A DNA stretch of 64,000 nucleotides from Elusimicrobiota bacterium (lineage in GTDB: Bacteria; Elusimicrobiota; Elusimicrobia; UBA1565), in contig JBDRPD010000053.1 of NCBI GenBank assembly GCA_043827405.1, forward strand, positions 130,893 to 194,892, written 5' to 3'. The stretch's first letter is position 1; every line of letters starts with the position of its first letter. Below are positions 46,075 to 53,591 of the stretch, in pieces. A program made the translations under genes and the position numbers. The notes beneath the pieces are model-generated. The model worked only from the letters and a program-made list of their open reading frames with translations, made no database searches and was not told where the DNA came from.

Positions 46075-47592
46075 ATGCGCGCGGTTCCGCTGCTGCTGCT
46101 CCTCCTCTGCCCGCCGCTGTTCGCGGCGGCGCCGCAGAGCGGCGTTCTGGACGGCAGCTTCGCCCCCCAGGCAGCCCGCATCAAGCTCGCCATCAACACG
46201 GAACGAAAGCGTCTGACCCCGCTCCTCCACGAGCTGACGGCGCTCAGCGCGACCTACGCGGCCCTCGACGATCCCGCGACGGCCGCCGGCAAGCGCGAGG
46301 AGCTGCGCCGGACGATCAATAACGGCCTGGGGGTGATCGAGAAGGAAGGCCAGGCGTTTGACGATATGCGGGGGCGCTACAATCTCCAGCAGACCATGCT
46401 CATGCTCGGCAAGTTGTCGCGGCGCGAGTCCGAGGATTCGATCAAAGAGAACTTCAACGTTATCTTCGACAATGTCCAGCTGCGCGAGATAATGGCCAAG
46501 GATTTCAAAGATGAAATCCGGGACACGCTCAATTCCGACGAAGACGCCTACAAGCTGGCCGTCAAGCGATTCGCCGCCGCGCGCCGGCGCAAGCTGTATG
46601 CCGGCGGCGGAGCCGCCGCCGCCGTCCTGCTGGCGGCCGGCCTGTTCTTCTTCCTGCGGCGCCGGGATGACGAGGAGGAACCGCAGCCGCCGGCCCCGCT
46701 GCCCCCTCCGGCGGCCGCACCGGCGCCTCAGCCCGCCGGCGTCCCGCAGCTCAAGCCGCCCCCCTCGCCCGAGGACGTGACCGGCAGCGTGCTGGAAGGG
46801 CGCTACCGCGTCGAGCAGCTTCTGCGCATCGGCACCCTGGGGCCGGTTTACCGCGCGATCGATTCCTTCGACCATAGGCCGCTCATCCTCAAAACCGTCA
46901 CCGAGGATTTTCACCGCACGACGCAGGATGTGGAGCGCTTCTTTGCCCGCGCCAAGGAGTACGGCGCCCTGCGCCATCCCGCCCTGGCCGAGGTGCGGGC
47001 GGTGTTTCGCATCGACAACCGCATCTATATCGCCGCCGAGCAGGTCGCCGGCACGGCCCTGTCCGCCCTGCTCCGGCCCGGCAGCGCCGCCGAGCTGCGC
47101 TCGGTCAAGCTGATCGCCGGCCAGCTGAGCGAGCTGCTCGAGGCGGCGCATACCCGCAATTTCATCCACGGCGCCGTCGCGCCGTCCAATATCATCCTGC
47201 AGGCGGACGGCAGCGTCAAAGTCCTGGACCTGGGAATCTGCGGCGACGCCCGCCGGCGCGCCGCCAAGCTCGCGCTCTCGCGCGAGGTCGGCGACCCCGC
47301 CTACCTCGCTCCCGAGCAGGAGCTCGGCTCCGAATTCAAGCAGTCCGATATCTACTCTTTAGGCGTCCTCTGCTATGCCCTGCTGACCGGCCGGCCGCCT
47401 TATCCCGGGCCGAACTTCCTGGCGCAGAAGCGCGAGCGGAAGTACGCGCCGGCCAGCGGCCTTTCCGCCAAGGTCCCGGTCGAGATCGATCCCATCCTGC
47501 GCCGCGCGCTTAGCCCCGAGCCGCAGCAGCGCTTCCAGTCGGGCGCCGACTTCTTCAGCGCTCTTGATTCCGTCCCCGAAAAAGCGGACTGA
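46075..47592 (+). CDS. membrane-anchored Ser/Thr kinase-like protein (probable pseudokinase)
   Basis: Signal peptide, helical ectodomain, TM and Pro-rich linker; kinase fold with IHGAVAPSN, VKVLDLG, YLAPEQ and SDIYSLG. Confidence 0.85.
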   Translation: MRAVPLLLLLLCPPLFAAAPQSGVLDGSFAPQAARIKLAINTERKRLTPLLHELTALSATYAALDDPATAAGKREELRRTINNGLGVIEKEGQAFDDMRGRYNLQQTMLMLGKLSRRESEDSIKENFNVIFDNVQLREIMAKDFKDEIRDTLNSDEDAYKLAVKRFAAARRRKLYAGGGAAAAVLLAAGLFFFLRRRDDEEEPQPPAPLPPPAAAPAPQPAGVPQLKPPPSPEDVTGSVLEGRYRVEQLLRIGTLGPVYRAIDSFDHRPLILKTVTEDFHRTTQDVERFFARAKEYGALRHPALAEVRAVFRIDNRIYIAAEQVAGTALSALLRPGSAAELRSVKLIAGQLSELLEAAHTRNFIHGAVAPSNIILQADGSVKVLDLGICGDARRRAAKLALSREVGDPAYLAPEQELGSEFKQSDIYSLGVLCYALLTGRPPYPGPNFLAQKRERKYAPASGLSAKVPVEIDPILRRALSPEPQQRFQSGADFFSALDSVPEKAD

Positions 47593-47610
47593 CTATGCTA
47601 AAATGAACGC

Positions 47611-47632
47611 CCCCGTCGTCTGACGGGGTTTT
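47611..47632 (+). terminator. possible intrinsic terminator or leader hairpin
   Basis: ccccgtc-gtct-gacgggg followed by tttt, just after the kinase stop. Confidence 0.4.
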
Positions 47633-47653
47633 CACTTTATTTGGAGGACAGGA

Positions 47654-49312
47654 ATGGGCGCCACAAAAACCGCAGGCTTGGATAAAGAAACACGGGACAT
47701 GGTCCTTGAGACCCTGCGCGAGTACGCGCAGAAGAAGATCCCCTTCAAGCTCCTGCACGAGCATGACCAGGAGAACAAGTTTCCCGCCCAAATCCTCAAA
47801 GAGCTCTATGATCCGGAACAGATAGGGATCAACCTCCTCATGATCCCCGAGGAGTACGGCGGCCTGGGCGGCAGCACCTACGACATCTACCGCGCCTGCG
47901 AGGTCCTGGCCCGCATCGACCTCGGCATCGCCACCTCCGTCTTCGCCACCTTCCTCGGCTCCGACCCCATCTATGTCGGCGGCACCCCGGAGCAGAAGAA
48001 GAAGTGGATCTCCAAGATCGCCGACGAGCGCCTGCTGGTGGCCTACGGCGCCACCGAAGCCGAGGCCGGCAGCGACCTGATGCTGCTCAAGACCAAGGCC
48101 GAGCCGGTCGAAAAGGACGGCAAAGTCGCCGGCTACAAGATCAACGGCAGCAAGCAGTGGATATCCAACGGCGGCGTCGCCGGCCTCTACACCGTGCTGG
48201 CCAAGACCCCCGGCGGACCTTCCTGGTTTGTCGTCGAGGCGGGCACCGAGGGCTTCATCCGCGACCGCGACGAGGACAAGCACGGCATCCGCCTGAGCAA
48301 TACCACGCCGCTGACCTTCCGCGACATGTACGTCCCGGTCGAGAACCTGCTGGGCGGCGTCGAAGGCCAAGGCCTGCTGCAGGCGCAGGCCGTCTTCGGC
48401 TATACCCGGGTCATGGTCGCCGCTTTCGGCCTCGGCGCCGGCTGGGAAGCGCTGGAGACCGCCATCAAGTACAGCCAAACGCGCGTGCAGGCCGGCGCGC
48501 CGCTGTCGACCAAGCAGGGCTATACCCACAAGCTGATCGTGCCCTATGCCGTCCGTCTGGAAGCCGCGCGCGCCTATATCGAAGAAACCGCGCACCGCCT
48601 CGACAACGGCGAAGAGGGCCTGCAGACCGAAGGCGCCATCGCCAAGTATCTGGCCACCGAGACCGGCAACGCCGCGGCCGAAAACGCCATCCAGGCCATG
48701 GGCGGCTACGGCTACTCGCGCGAGTTCCCGGTGGAGAAGATCAAGCGCGACGTCAAGATCACCTGCATCTACGAAGGCACTTCCGAGATCATGGAGATGA
48801 CCATATTCCGCGGCCGCTGGCAGGAGCATATGAAGTCGCGCGGCCGCTACTATACCGACCTCGCCGGCGAGCTCGACGCCGTCCACCAGAAGTGCGCGGA
48901 CGTGGGCGCCAATACCGCCGCCTGCGGCCTGCGCAACCTCTCGGTGGTGCTCGAGCAGTGCCGCCTGGCCAAGCTGACGCGCAACCAGTACCTGACCTTC
49001 AAGCTGGGCGAGCTTATGTGCTACGCGGAAACGGCGCTGGCCTTCTGCCGCGCGGCCTCCGCCGACCAGCTCCCCGAATCGGTGCTCTTCGACGTCCCGG
49101 CCTGGCGCGCCATGTGCCGGCTGCACGCGCGCGAGACCGCCGCCAAGATCACCCATGAAGGCCTGCGGCTGCTGATCGGCTCCGGCGCCGGCGAAGCCGC
49201 GCAGGCGCTCAGCCAGTCGGTCGAGTTCGCCTGCGCCGGCGCGGGCCAGGCGGGCATGATCGCCGACATGGACTTCGTGGCCGCCAAGCTCAACGAAGTC
49301 CACAAGGCCTGA
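47654..49312 (+). CDS. acyl-CoA dehydrogenase
   Basis: IPEEYGGLG, ATEAEAGSD, INGSKQWISN, AIQAMGGYGYSREFPVE and IYEGTSEI motifs; GGAGG RBS. Confidence 0.95.
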   Translation: MGATKTAGLDKETRDMVLETLREYAQKKIPFKLLHEHDQENKFPAQILKELYDPEQIGINLLMIPEEYGGLGGSTYDIYRACEVLARIDLGIATSVFATFLGSDPIYVGGTPEQKKKWISKIADERLLVAYGATEAEAGSDLMLLKTKAEPVEKDGKVAGYKINGSKQWISNGGVAGLYTVLAKTPGGPSWFVVEAGTEGFIRDRDEDKHGIRLSNTTPLTFRDMYVPVENLLGGVEGQGLLQAQAVFGYTRVMVAAFGLGAGWEALETAIKYSQTRVQAGAPLSTKQGYTHKLIVPYAVRLEAARAYIEETAHRLDNGEEGLQTEGAIAKYLATETGNAAAENAIQAMGGYGYSREFPVEKIKRDVKITCIYEGTSEIMEMTIFRGRWQEHMKSRGRYYTDLAGELDAVHQKCADVGANTAACGLRNLSVVLEQCRLAKLTRNQYLTFKLGELMCYAETALAFCRAASADQLPESVLFDVPAWRAMCRLHARETAAKITHEGLRLLIGSGAGEAAQALSQSVEFACAGAGQAGMIADMDFVAAKLNEVHKA

Positions 49313-49365
49313 CTGCCTTTAGGGAATACGCGATAAAAACCCACGGAGCAGGCCGCCAACAATCC

Positions 49366-49402
49366 GGGCCCTTGGTCCCCTTTCGGCGGGGCCCAATGCT
49401 CC
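49366..49402. promoter_or_regulatory. two GGGNC-N4-GNCCC sites 23 bp apart
   Basis: gggcccttggtccc (49366) and gggcccaatgctcc (49389), upstream of the secreted Cys-rich gene. Confidence 0.5.
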
Positions 49403-49446
49403 TACTCCTTTCATAGGCCTCGTTCATATACTATCGGCGTCGTTCC

Positions 49447-50058
49447 ATGGAGGTGGAAAAGATGATCGATAAGGTCCCCCTGCCGGCAACCGTCGGCGCG
49501 CTTCTTCTAGCCGCAGCCCGCTTCGCTTTCGCCGCGCCGCCCGCCGCAAATTTCGACCAAGGCGTGGACGTAAAAGAAGTCATTGCCTGCGCCCGTGAAG
49601 AGGTCCGGTTCTCCCGCCTGAGCGAACTGCTCGGCCGCGCCGGCGCCGTCGATGAAAAGAAGCAGCCGCCGGCCTATGCCGCGACCGGCATGTGGAACCG
49701 CTGCCAGATGATGGGTCTCGAAAACAATCAATGCGTCTATATGTGCCGCGACGGCCGCAAGATTCTCATGCCGCTTCCGCCCGGCCTCGAGCGCATGGGC
49801 AGCCGCGCCTGCCTGCAGTACATGGACGCCCCGCCGCTGCCTCCCGCGGAAAAGCCGAAGAAGGGCATAAAGGCCTTAACCGCCGGCGACGGCGAACAGG
49901 CCGCGGCCTGCGAGCAAAAATGCGACAGCGGCTACCGCGCCCGTATCGACCTCTGCTATCAGCTGCATGACAACCCGGTCGGCCTCAGGCCCTGCCTGCA
50001 GGACACCTACCTGGGCTACGCGGTCTGCATGCGTTCCTGCAAGGAGCCGGGAAGCTAG
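49447..50058 (+). CDS. secreted Cys-rich hypothetical protein
   Basis: Signal-like segment; Cys clusters (CEQKC, C...C...CMRSC). Start could be 49447 or 49462. Confidence 0.65.
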   Translation: MEVEKMIDKVPLPATVGALLLAAARFAFAAPPAANFDQGVDVKEVIACAREEVRFSRLSELLGRAGAVDEKKQPPAYAATGMWNRCQMMGLENNQCVYMCRDGRKILMPLPPGLERMGSRACLQYMDAPPLPPAEKPKKGIKALTAGDGEQAAACEQKCDSGYRARIDLCYQLHDNPVGLRPCLQDTYLGYAVCMRSCKEPGS

Positions 50059-50570
50059 CGGCCGAAATCCAGGAAATCGTGCAGGGCGTCGACGACCGCG
50101 TCGATCTCTTCCTGCACCGAGGTATAGATTCCGCTTTCTATTTCCTTGCCGTCTTCCAGCTGGTAGAAGAAGCCATGGCCGGTTGAAGCCAGGCGGTGCG
50201 AGGGCCCCGGCGAGCCGGAAGTCCGCATAAATACCTTCTTCTGCGTGCACACCGCGACGATCGAGCTCAGCGGCACGCGCTCGATCTCCAGCTTGGTGTT
50301 CATCTGCGCCGGGTACTCGACGGTCAAGGTATTGGTCCCTTTATCGAGGATATGGGTCAGTTGCTTGCGCATGAAGATCGCGGCGAACAGGCCGAATAGA
50401 AAGAAAAATCCCGAGAGCAGCAGCGCCGGCAGGATCAGGGGCTTGTCGTCGGTCAGCATGACGCAGAGCCCGGCGCCGCCCAGCACGATCACCAGATAGC
50501 CCCAATGCCGGGTGTCCAGGCCGCGCTCGCCGATCACCAGCCGGGCTTCGCTGCGCTCCAGGACCTTCAT
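50055..50570 (-). CDS. hypothetical membrane protein (2 TM plus soluble domain)
   Basis: MKVLERSEARL start; two TM segments followed by a beta-rich domain. Confidence 0.65.
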   Translation of the reverse strand: MKVLERSEARLVIGERGLDTRHWGYLVIVLGGAGLCVMLTDDKPLILPALLLSGFFFLFGLFAAIFMRKQLTHILDKGTNTLTVEYPAQMNTKLEIERVPLSSIVAVCTQKKVFMRTSGSPGPSHRLASTGHGFFYQLEDGKEIESGIYTSVQEEIDAVVDALHDFLDFGR

Positions 50571-50676
50571 GACGATATTATAGCTGCTCAGCTGCGCGCC
50601 GCACCCACTCCGCGGGCGATCGTATACCCAGTGCGTACACAATCTTCTTGCCGCATCCTGATCGCCGGAAGGATGG

Positions 50677-50924
50677 TTCCCTGAGGGCTTATCCGGGGAT
50701 GAGCGGAGTTCTCGTGGCATTCGTGCTCCGGCCAAATTGTGACGGCAGTGCCGGCGCATTCCTCAAGGGAAAAGATGCTTGAAAAATAAGCCTTTTCAAC
50801 TACGCCCAGGCGCAGTTGAAAAGACCGAAAAACACGACGCTTATTTTTGGCAGAGTGTTCCTGCAACGCGATTCCTGCTGCTTTCAGCTTCGCAAGCGAA
50901 ACTGAAAGCAGCACGCGAATCGCG
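50677..50924. other. multi-stem structured intergenic element (candidate ncRNA or MITE)
   Basis: Long hairpin 50867-50924; nested stems 50782-50791/50839-50848 and 50792-50801/50814-50823; bulged pairing 50677-50686/50761-50771. Confidence 0.5.
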
Positions 50925-50970
50925 CTAAATATTGCCCACCCCTGCGCATAGGTCTGGCGCGGACAAAAGC

Positions 50971-51717
50971 TTAATGGTATTCGATGTGCCAGCCGTCGGG
51001 GGAGTACTCTTTCACGTCATGGGGCACGAAGTGATGCTCGATATGCCAGCCGTCGGGCGAATAGACCTCGTAATGGCCGCGGCGCGGCGGGTCTTCCACG
51101 TGGTAGCCGTCATAGGATTCCGGCTCATTGGAGCCGCAGGGATCCTTGGGCGTGGACCAGTGCATATAGGTCGTGCGGAACCACTCCTGGATGCGGATCG
51201 CTTCGCCCTCGTAGGCGTCCATGTCGCCGTCGCGGGTGGCGCCCCGGTACTTCACCTGCACGAAGTGCACGTACTCATGCGCCAGCGAATCTTCGGCGGT
51301 GCGGCCCTTCTTATAAAACAGCGCGTCGTCCTTTAAGAAGATGATGTTCATGTTGTCCAGGTAGACGTTGTGAAAGATCTCGGGGCGCTGGCCGTAGTTC
51401 TTTTCCATCGCGTCCTGAAACACCGTCATCTCCGTCTGCCTCTCCAGATAAACTTCCGGCGGCGCTACATCGGGCTTGAGCGTGACGCCCATTTTCCCGG
51501 CCACGGTCTTGAGCATGCAGGCCTTGTCGACCGCCAGCGGCCAGTAGTCCACGGGCTCCGCCTGGGCCGGATTATAATGCTTGTAAAGCTCAATCTCGGC
51601 CTGACGTTTGGCCTCTTCGAGATCGACGCCCATAAAGCTCTTGAGATCGTCGAAGGCCGCGGCGGGCCGGACGGCGGCGATGAGGAATAAAAACGAGAAA
51701 AGCGCTTTGTTATTCAT
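50971..51717 (-). CDS. secreted HEXXH metallopeptidase-like protein with His-rich C-terminal repeats
   Basis: Signal peptide; LAHEYVHFVQ...YEGEA; YSPDGWHIE occurs twice. Confidence 0.7.
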   Translation of the reverse strand: MNNKALFSFLFLIAAVRPAAAFDDLKSFMGVDLEEAKRQAEIELYKHYNPAQAEPVDYWPLAVDKACMLKTVAGKMGVTLKPDVAPPEVYLERQTEMTVFQDAMEKNYGQRPEIFHNVYLDNMNIIFLKDDALFYKKGRTAEDSLAHEYVHFVQVKYRGATRDGDMDAYEGEAIRIQEWFRTTYMHWSTPKDPCGSNEPESYDGYHVEDPPRRGHYEVYSPDGWHIEHHFVPHDVKEYSPDGWHIEYH

Positions 51718-51797
51718 GGTGATATCAGGATATCACCGGCGCCGCTTCAGCGCCTGAGGCGATCAGGCAAATTTGCCTAGGCCAAGAGACCCAGCAG

Positions 51798-52781
51798 CTA
51801 GGACTCCAACTCCCGGAGCTTGCGGTAGGCCTCATGAATGCGGCCCACCATCTCGCGCTCGGCATTGATCGGCTTGCGCTTGCTCACCGGATGCACGCAA
51901 TAGGCGCGGTCGACCCAGGCCCATTTGACGAGATCTCCCAAGTCCTTGCCCAGCCGGATCTCATCGACCTTCAGAGGAAAGGTCTTGGCCGCCATATCCC
52001 AGGCCAGGCCGCCGCGCGCCTCATAGAGCCGGCGCACCTCGCCTTCCAGCGCCTCGCCGTAGAACTTGCCGGCCTCGCGGTAGGCGTCGTACTGCTCCAG
52101 AAAGGCCCCGCGGCGCACCACGTCGGACCCGAAGAAGATATCGCGGATCGGCATGCGCTCGGCGCGCAGGCGGCTGATGAAGGGATCCATGCAGAACTCC
52201 TTCCAGATATCGTCCCACAGCCGCCCCTCATGCCAGCCCTTCTTGCGCACCATCCACAGCGCCCATAGGCCATGCTCGGCCTCGGCGACATTGAGCTTGA
52301 GGTTATGCGTCTTGATCAGGCCGAGCAGGTCGTCGCGGAAAGTCAGGAAGGACTCCTTGGCGCCCTGGCCGTGAATGGGGAAGAAGTCGCCGTGCGCGAA
52401 GCCCTTGAAGATCGGGTAGCGCTTGGGATTGACCAGCCGCAGCAGCAAAGAGACCCGGCCGATTTCCCCCAGCCGCTTCATCAGCTTGCGGATCAGCTTG
52501 TCTTCGACGTCGACGCCCTTCGTTTTATCCGGCACGAGATCGATGCGCTTCTCGCGCAGGCCTTTGAGCATGGCGGCGGTGAAGCCGAATTTGCGCGGAT
52601 CCCAAAAGTGCGAGCGCTTGACCAGCAGATCGACATGCCGGCTCTCCAGGTCCTTGGTGCTGCGCAGGCCCTTGAAGGCGTCGGCCACCGCCTGGAAGCT
52701 GGGCGACTTGATTCCTTTTTCGCGGTACAGCCGCGCCGCCACCGCGGGGAACTGGGCATAGGCTTTCTCTAAATATTTCAT
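51798..52781 (-). CDS. hypothetical protein with putative C-terminal HEPN-like (RX4H) domain
   Basis: EAGKFYGEALEGEVRRL helix, then DRAYCVHP; N-terminal SLLLRLVNPKRYPIF...VAEAEHGLW. Confidence 0.55.
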   Translation of the reverse strand: MKYLEKAYAQFPAVAARLYREKGIKSPSFQAVADAFKGLRSTKDLESRHVDLLVKRSHFWDPRKFGFTAAMLKGLREKRIDLVPDKTKGVDVEDKLIRKLMKRLGEIGRVSLLLRLVNPKRYPIFKGFAHGDFFPIHGQGAKESFLTFRDDLLGLIKTHNLKLNVAEAEHGLWALWMVRKKGWHEGRLWDDIWKEFCMDPFISRLRAERMPIRDIFFGSDVVRRGAFLEQYDAYREAGKFYGEALEGEVRRLYEARGGLAWDMAAKTFPLKVDEIRLGKDLGDLVKWAWVDRAYCVHPVSKRKPINAEREMVGRIHEAYRKLRELES

Positions 52782-52823
52782 AGTCCCTTACGTTAGCAAA
52801 ATCACGCCTCCCGCACCTTGGAC

Positions 52824-53384
52824 TTATCTTGCGACTTTATGCACAAAATCCGGTGTAATCAGCGTACGCTCGTCACAGACATTGAACAGATCTTTATGCG
52901 GTGGATTCTTGGCGCCTCCATGATATAGATGCACCAGTACGCCGCAGTCCTTCGCCAATTCGACCGCCGGCAGAAAATCACTGTCTCCCGTTATCAGAAT
53001 CGCACCGGCAATTTGTCCCTTTGCCGCGAGGCTGACGAGATCGACGCCCAACATTAGATCAGCACGTTTTTGTTGGAAGAATTTGTGTCCGCATGAAGCG
53101 CATGAACGTCTGGCCAGCCTCCCGAGCCTGATGGAAAACCGAGGTAGTCGTTCAAGCGAGGAATAAAACCGGTCGAAGCTTGTTTTCCGTCGAACCTCCT
53201 CAATAGTCGGAGGATCGCTCTGATAGGGCGGGCAGTTGTAATAATACGTTCTAAGCAGAGGCTGCGAACCAGCCAGTTCCTGTGCCAGCTTCCCGAAGTG
53301 GACATTGGCGCCGGGAAACTCTTTGCGGAGCGTTTGCTCCAGATAGCCCGCATCCAGAAAGATGGCGATCCGTTCAGCCGCCAC
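52824..53384 (-). CDS. NYN (LabA/DUF88, PIN-like) domain ribonuclease with CxxC insert
   Basis: IAIFLDAGYL, RTYYY, QQKRADLMLGVDL, ITGDSDFLPAV and LFNVCD; CASC insert; GTG start 53384 with GGCGGT RBS. Confidence 0.9.
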   Translation of the reverse strand: MAAERIAIFLDAGYLEQTLRKEFPGANVHFGKLAQELAGSQPLLRTYYYNCPPYQSDPPTIEEVRRKTSFDRFYSSLERLPRFSIRLGRLARRSCASCGHKFFQQKRADLMLGVDLVSLAAKGQIAGAILITGDSDFLPAVELAKDCGVLVHLYHGGAKNPPHKDLFNVCDERTLITPDFVHKVAR

Positions 53385-53396
53385 AATTACCGCCAC

Positions 53397-53424
53397 AAAA
53401 AAAGGGCCCGCTGCGGGCGGGCCC
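53397..53424 (-). terminator. intrinsic terminator immediately upstream of the NYN gene
   Basis: Minus strand GGGCCCGC-ccgca-GCGGGCCC-TTTTTTT. Confidence 0.8.
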
Positions 53425-53480
53425 AAATGCTAACCCGACGTCCTGATTCCCATTCGGGAGAACGCCGGGGAGTATGCTAA
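53397..53480 (-). ncRNA. candidate ~80-nt small RNA (putative antitoxin or leader)
   Basis: Lies between promoter and terminator; 11-bp stem CCCGGCGTTCT/AGGACGTCGGG with inner CCC-GAAT-GGG, flanked by TTAGCAT direct repeats. Confidence 0.55.
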
Positions 53481-53484
53481 TAGG

Positions 53485-53513
53485 AGTGTAGCACGAGCTC
53501 GGGATCCAGTCAA
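53485..53513 (-). promoter_or_regulatory. near-consensus sigma70 promoter
   Basis: Minus strand TTGACT-17 bp-TACACT with extended -10 TG. Confidence 0.75.
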
Positions 53514-53591
53514 TATGGCGATGATCCATCTCTCGCTGCACACCAGCAGGTACGAGCGGCGGCGAAAAAAGTTCCCGGCCGTAAAGCGGGA

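Noticed and set aside
43386..46199. 937-aa minus-strand ORF, and similar long ORFs at 14654-16840(+), 17215-19224(+), 36495-38819(-) and 47555-49303(-)
   Set aside because: Antisense shadows of well-supported genes, expected in high-GC DNA; they carry no recognisable motifs.
50588..50914. 108-aa minus-strand ORF
   Set aside because: No RBS or motif and atypical composition; it coincides with the palindromic element.
50600..50930. tmRNA, SRP RNA, RNase P RNA or cobalamin riboswitch
   Set aside because: I could not find the diagnostic conserved motifs of these RNAs on either strand; kept only as an unassigned structured element.
53385..53426. N-terminal extension of the NYN ORF (MGPPAAGPFF...) in the ORF track
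   Set aside because: It runs through the terminator hairpin; GTG 53384 has an RBS and matches the usual NYN domain start.
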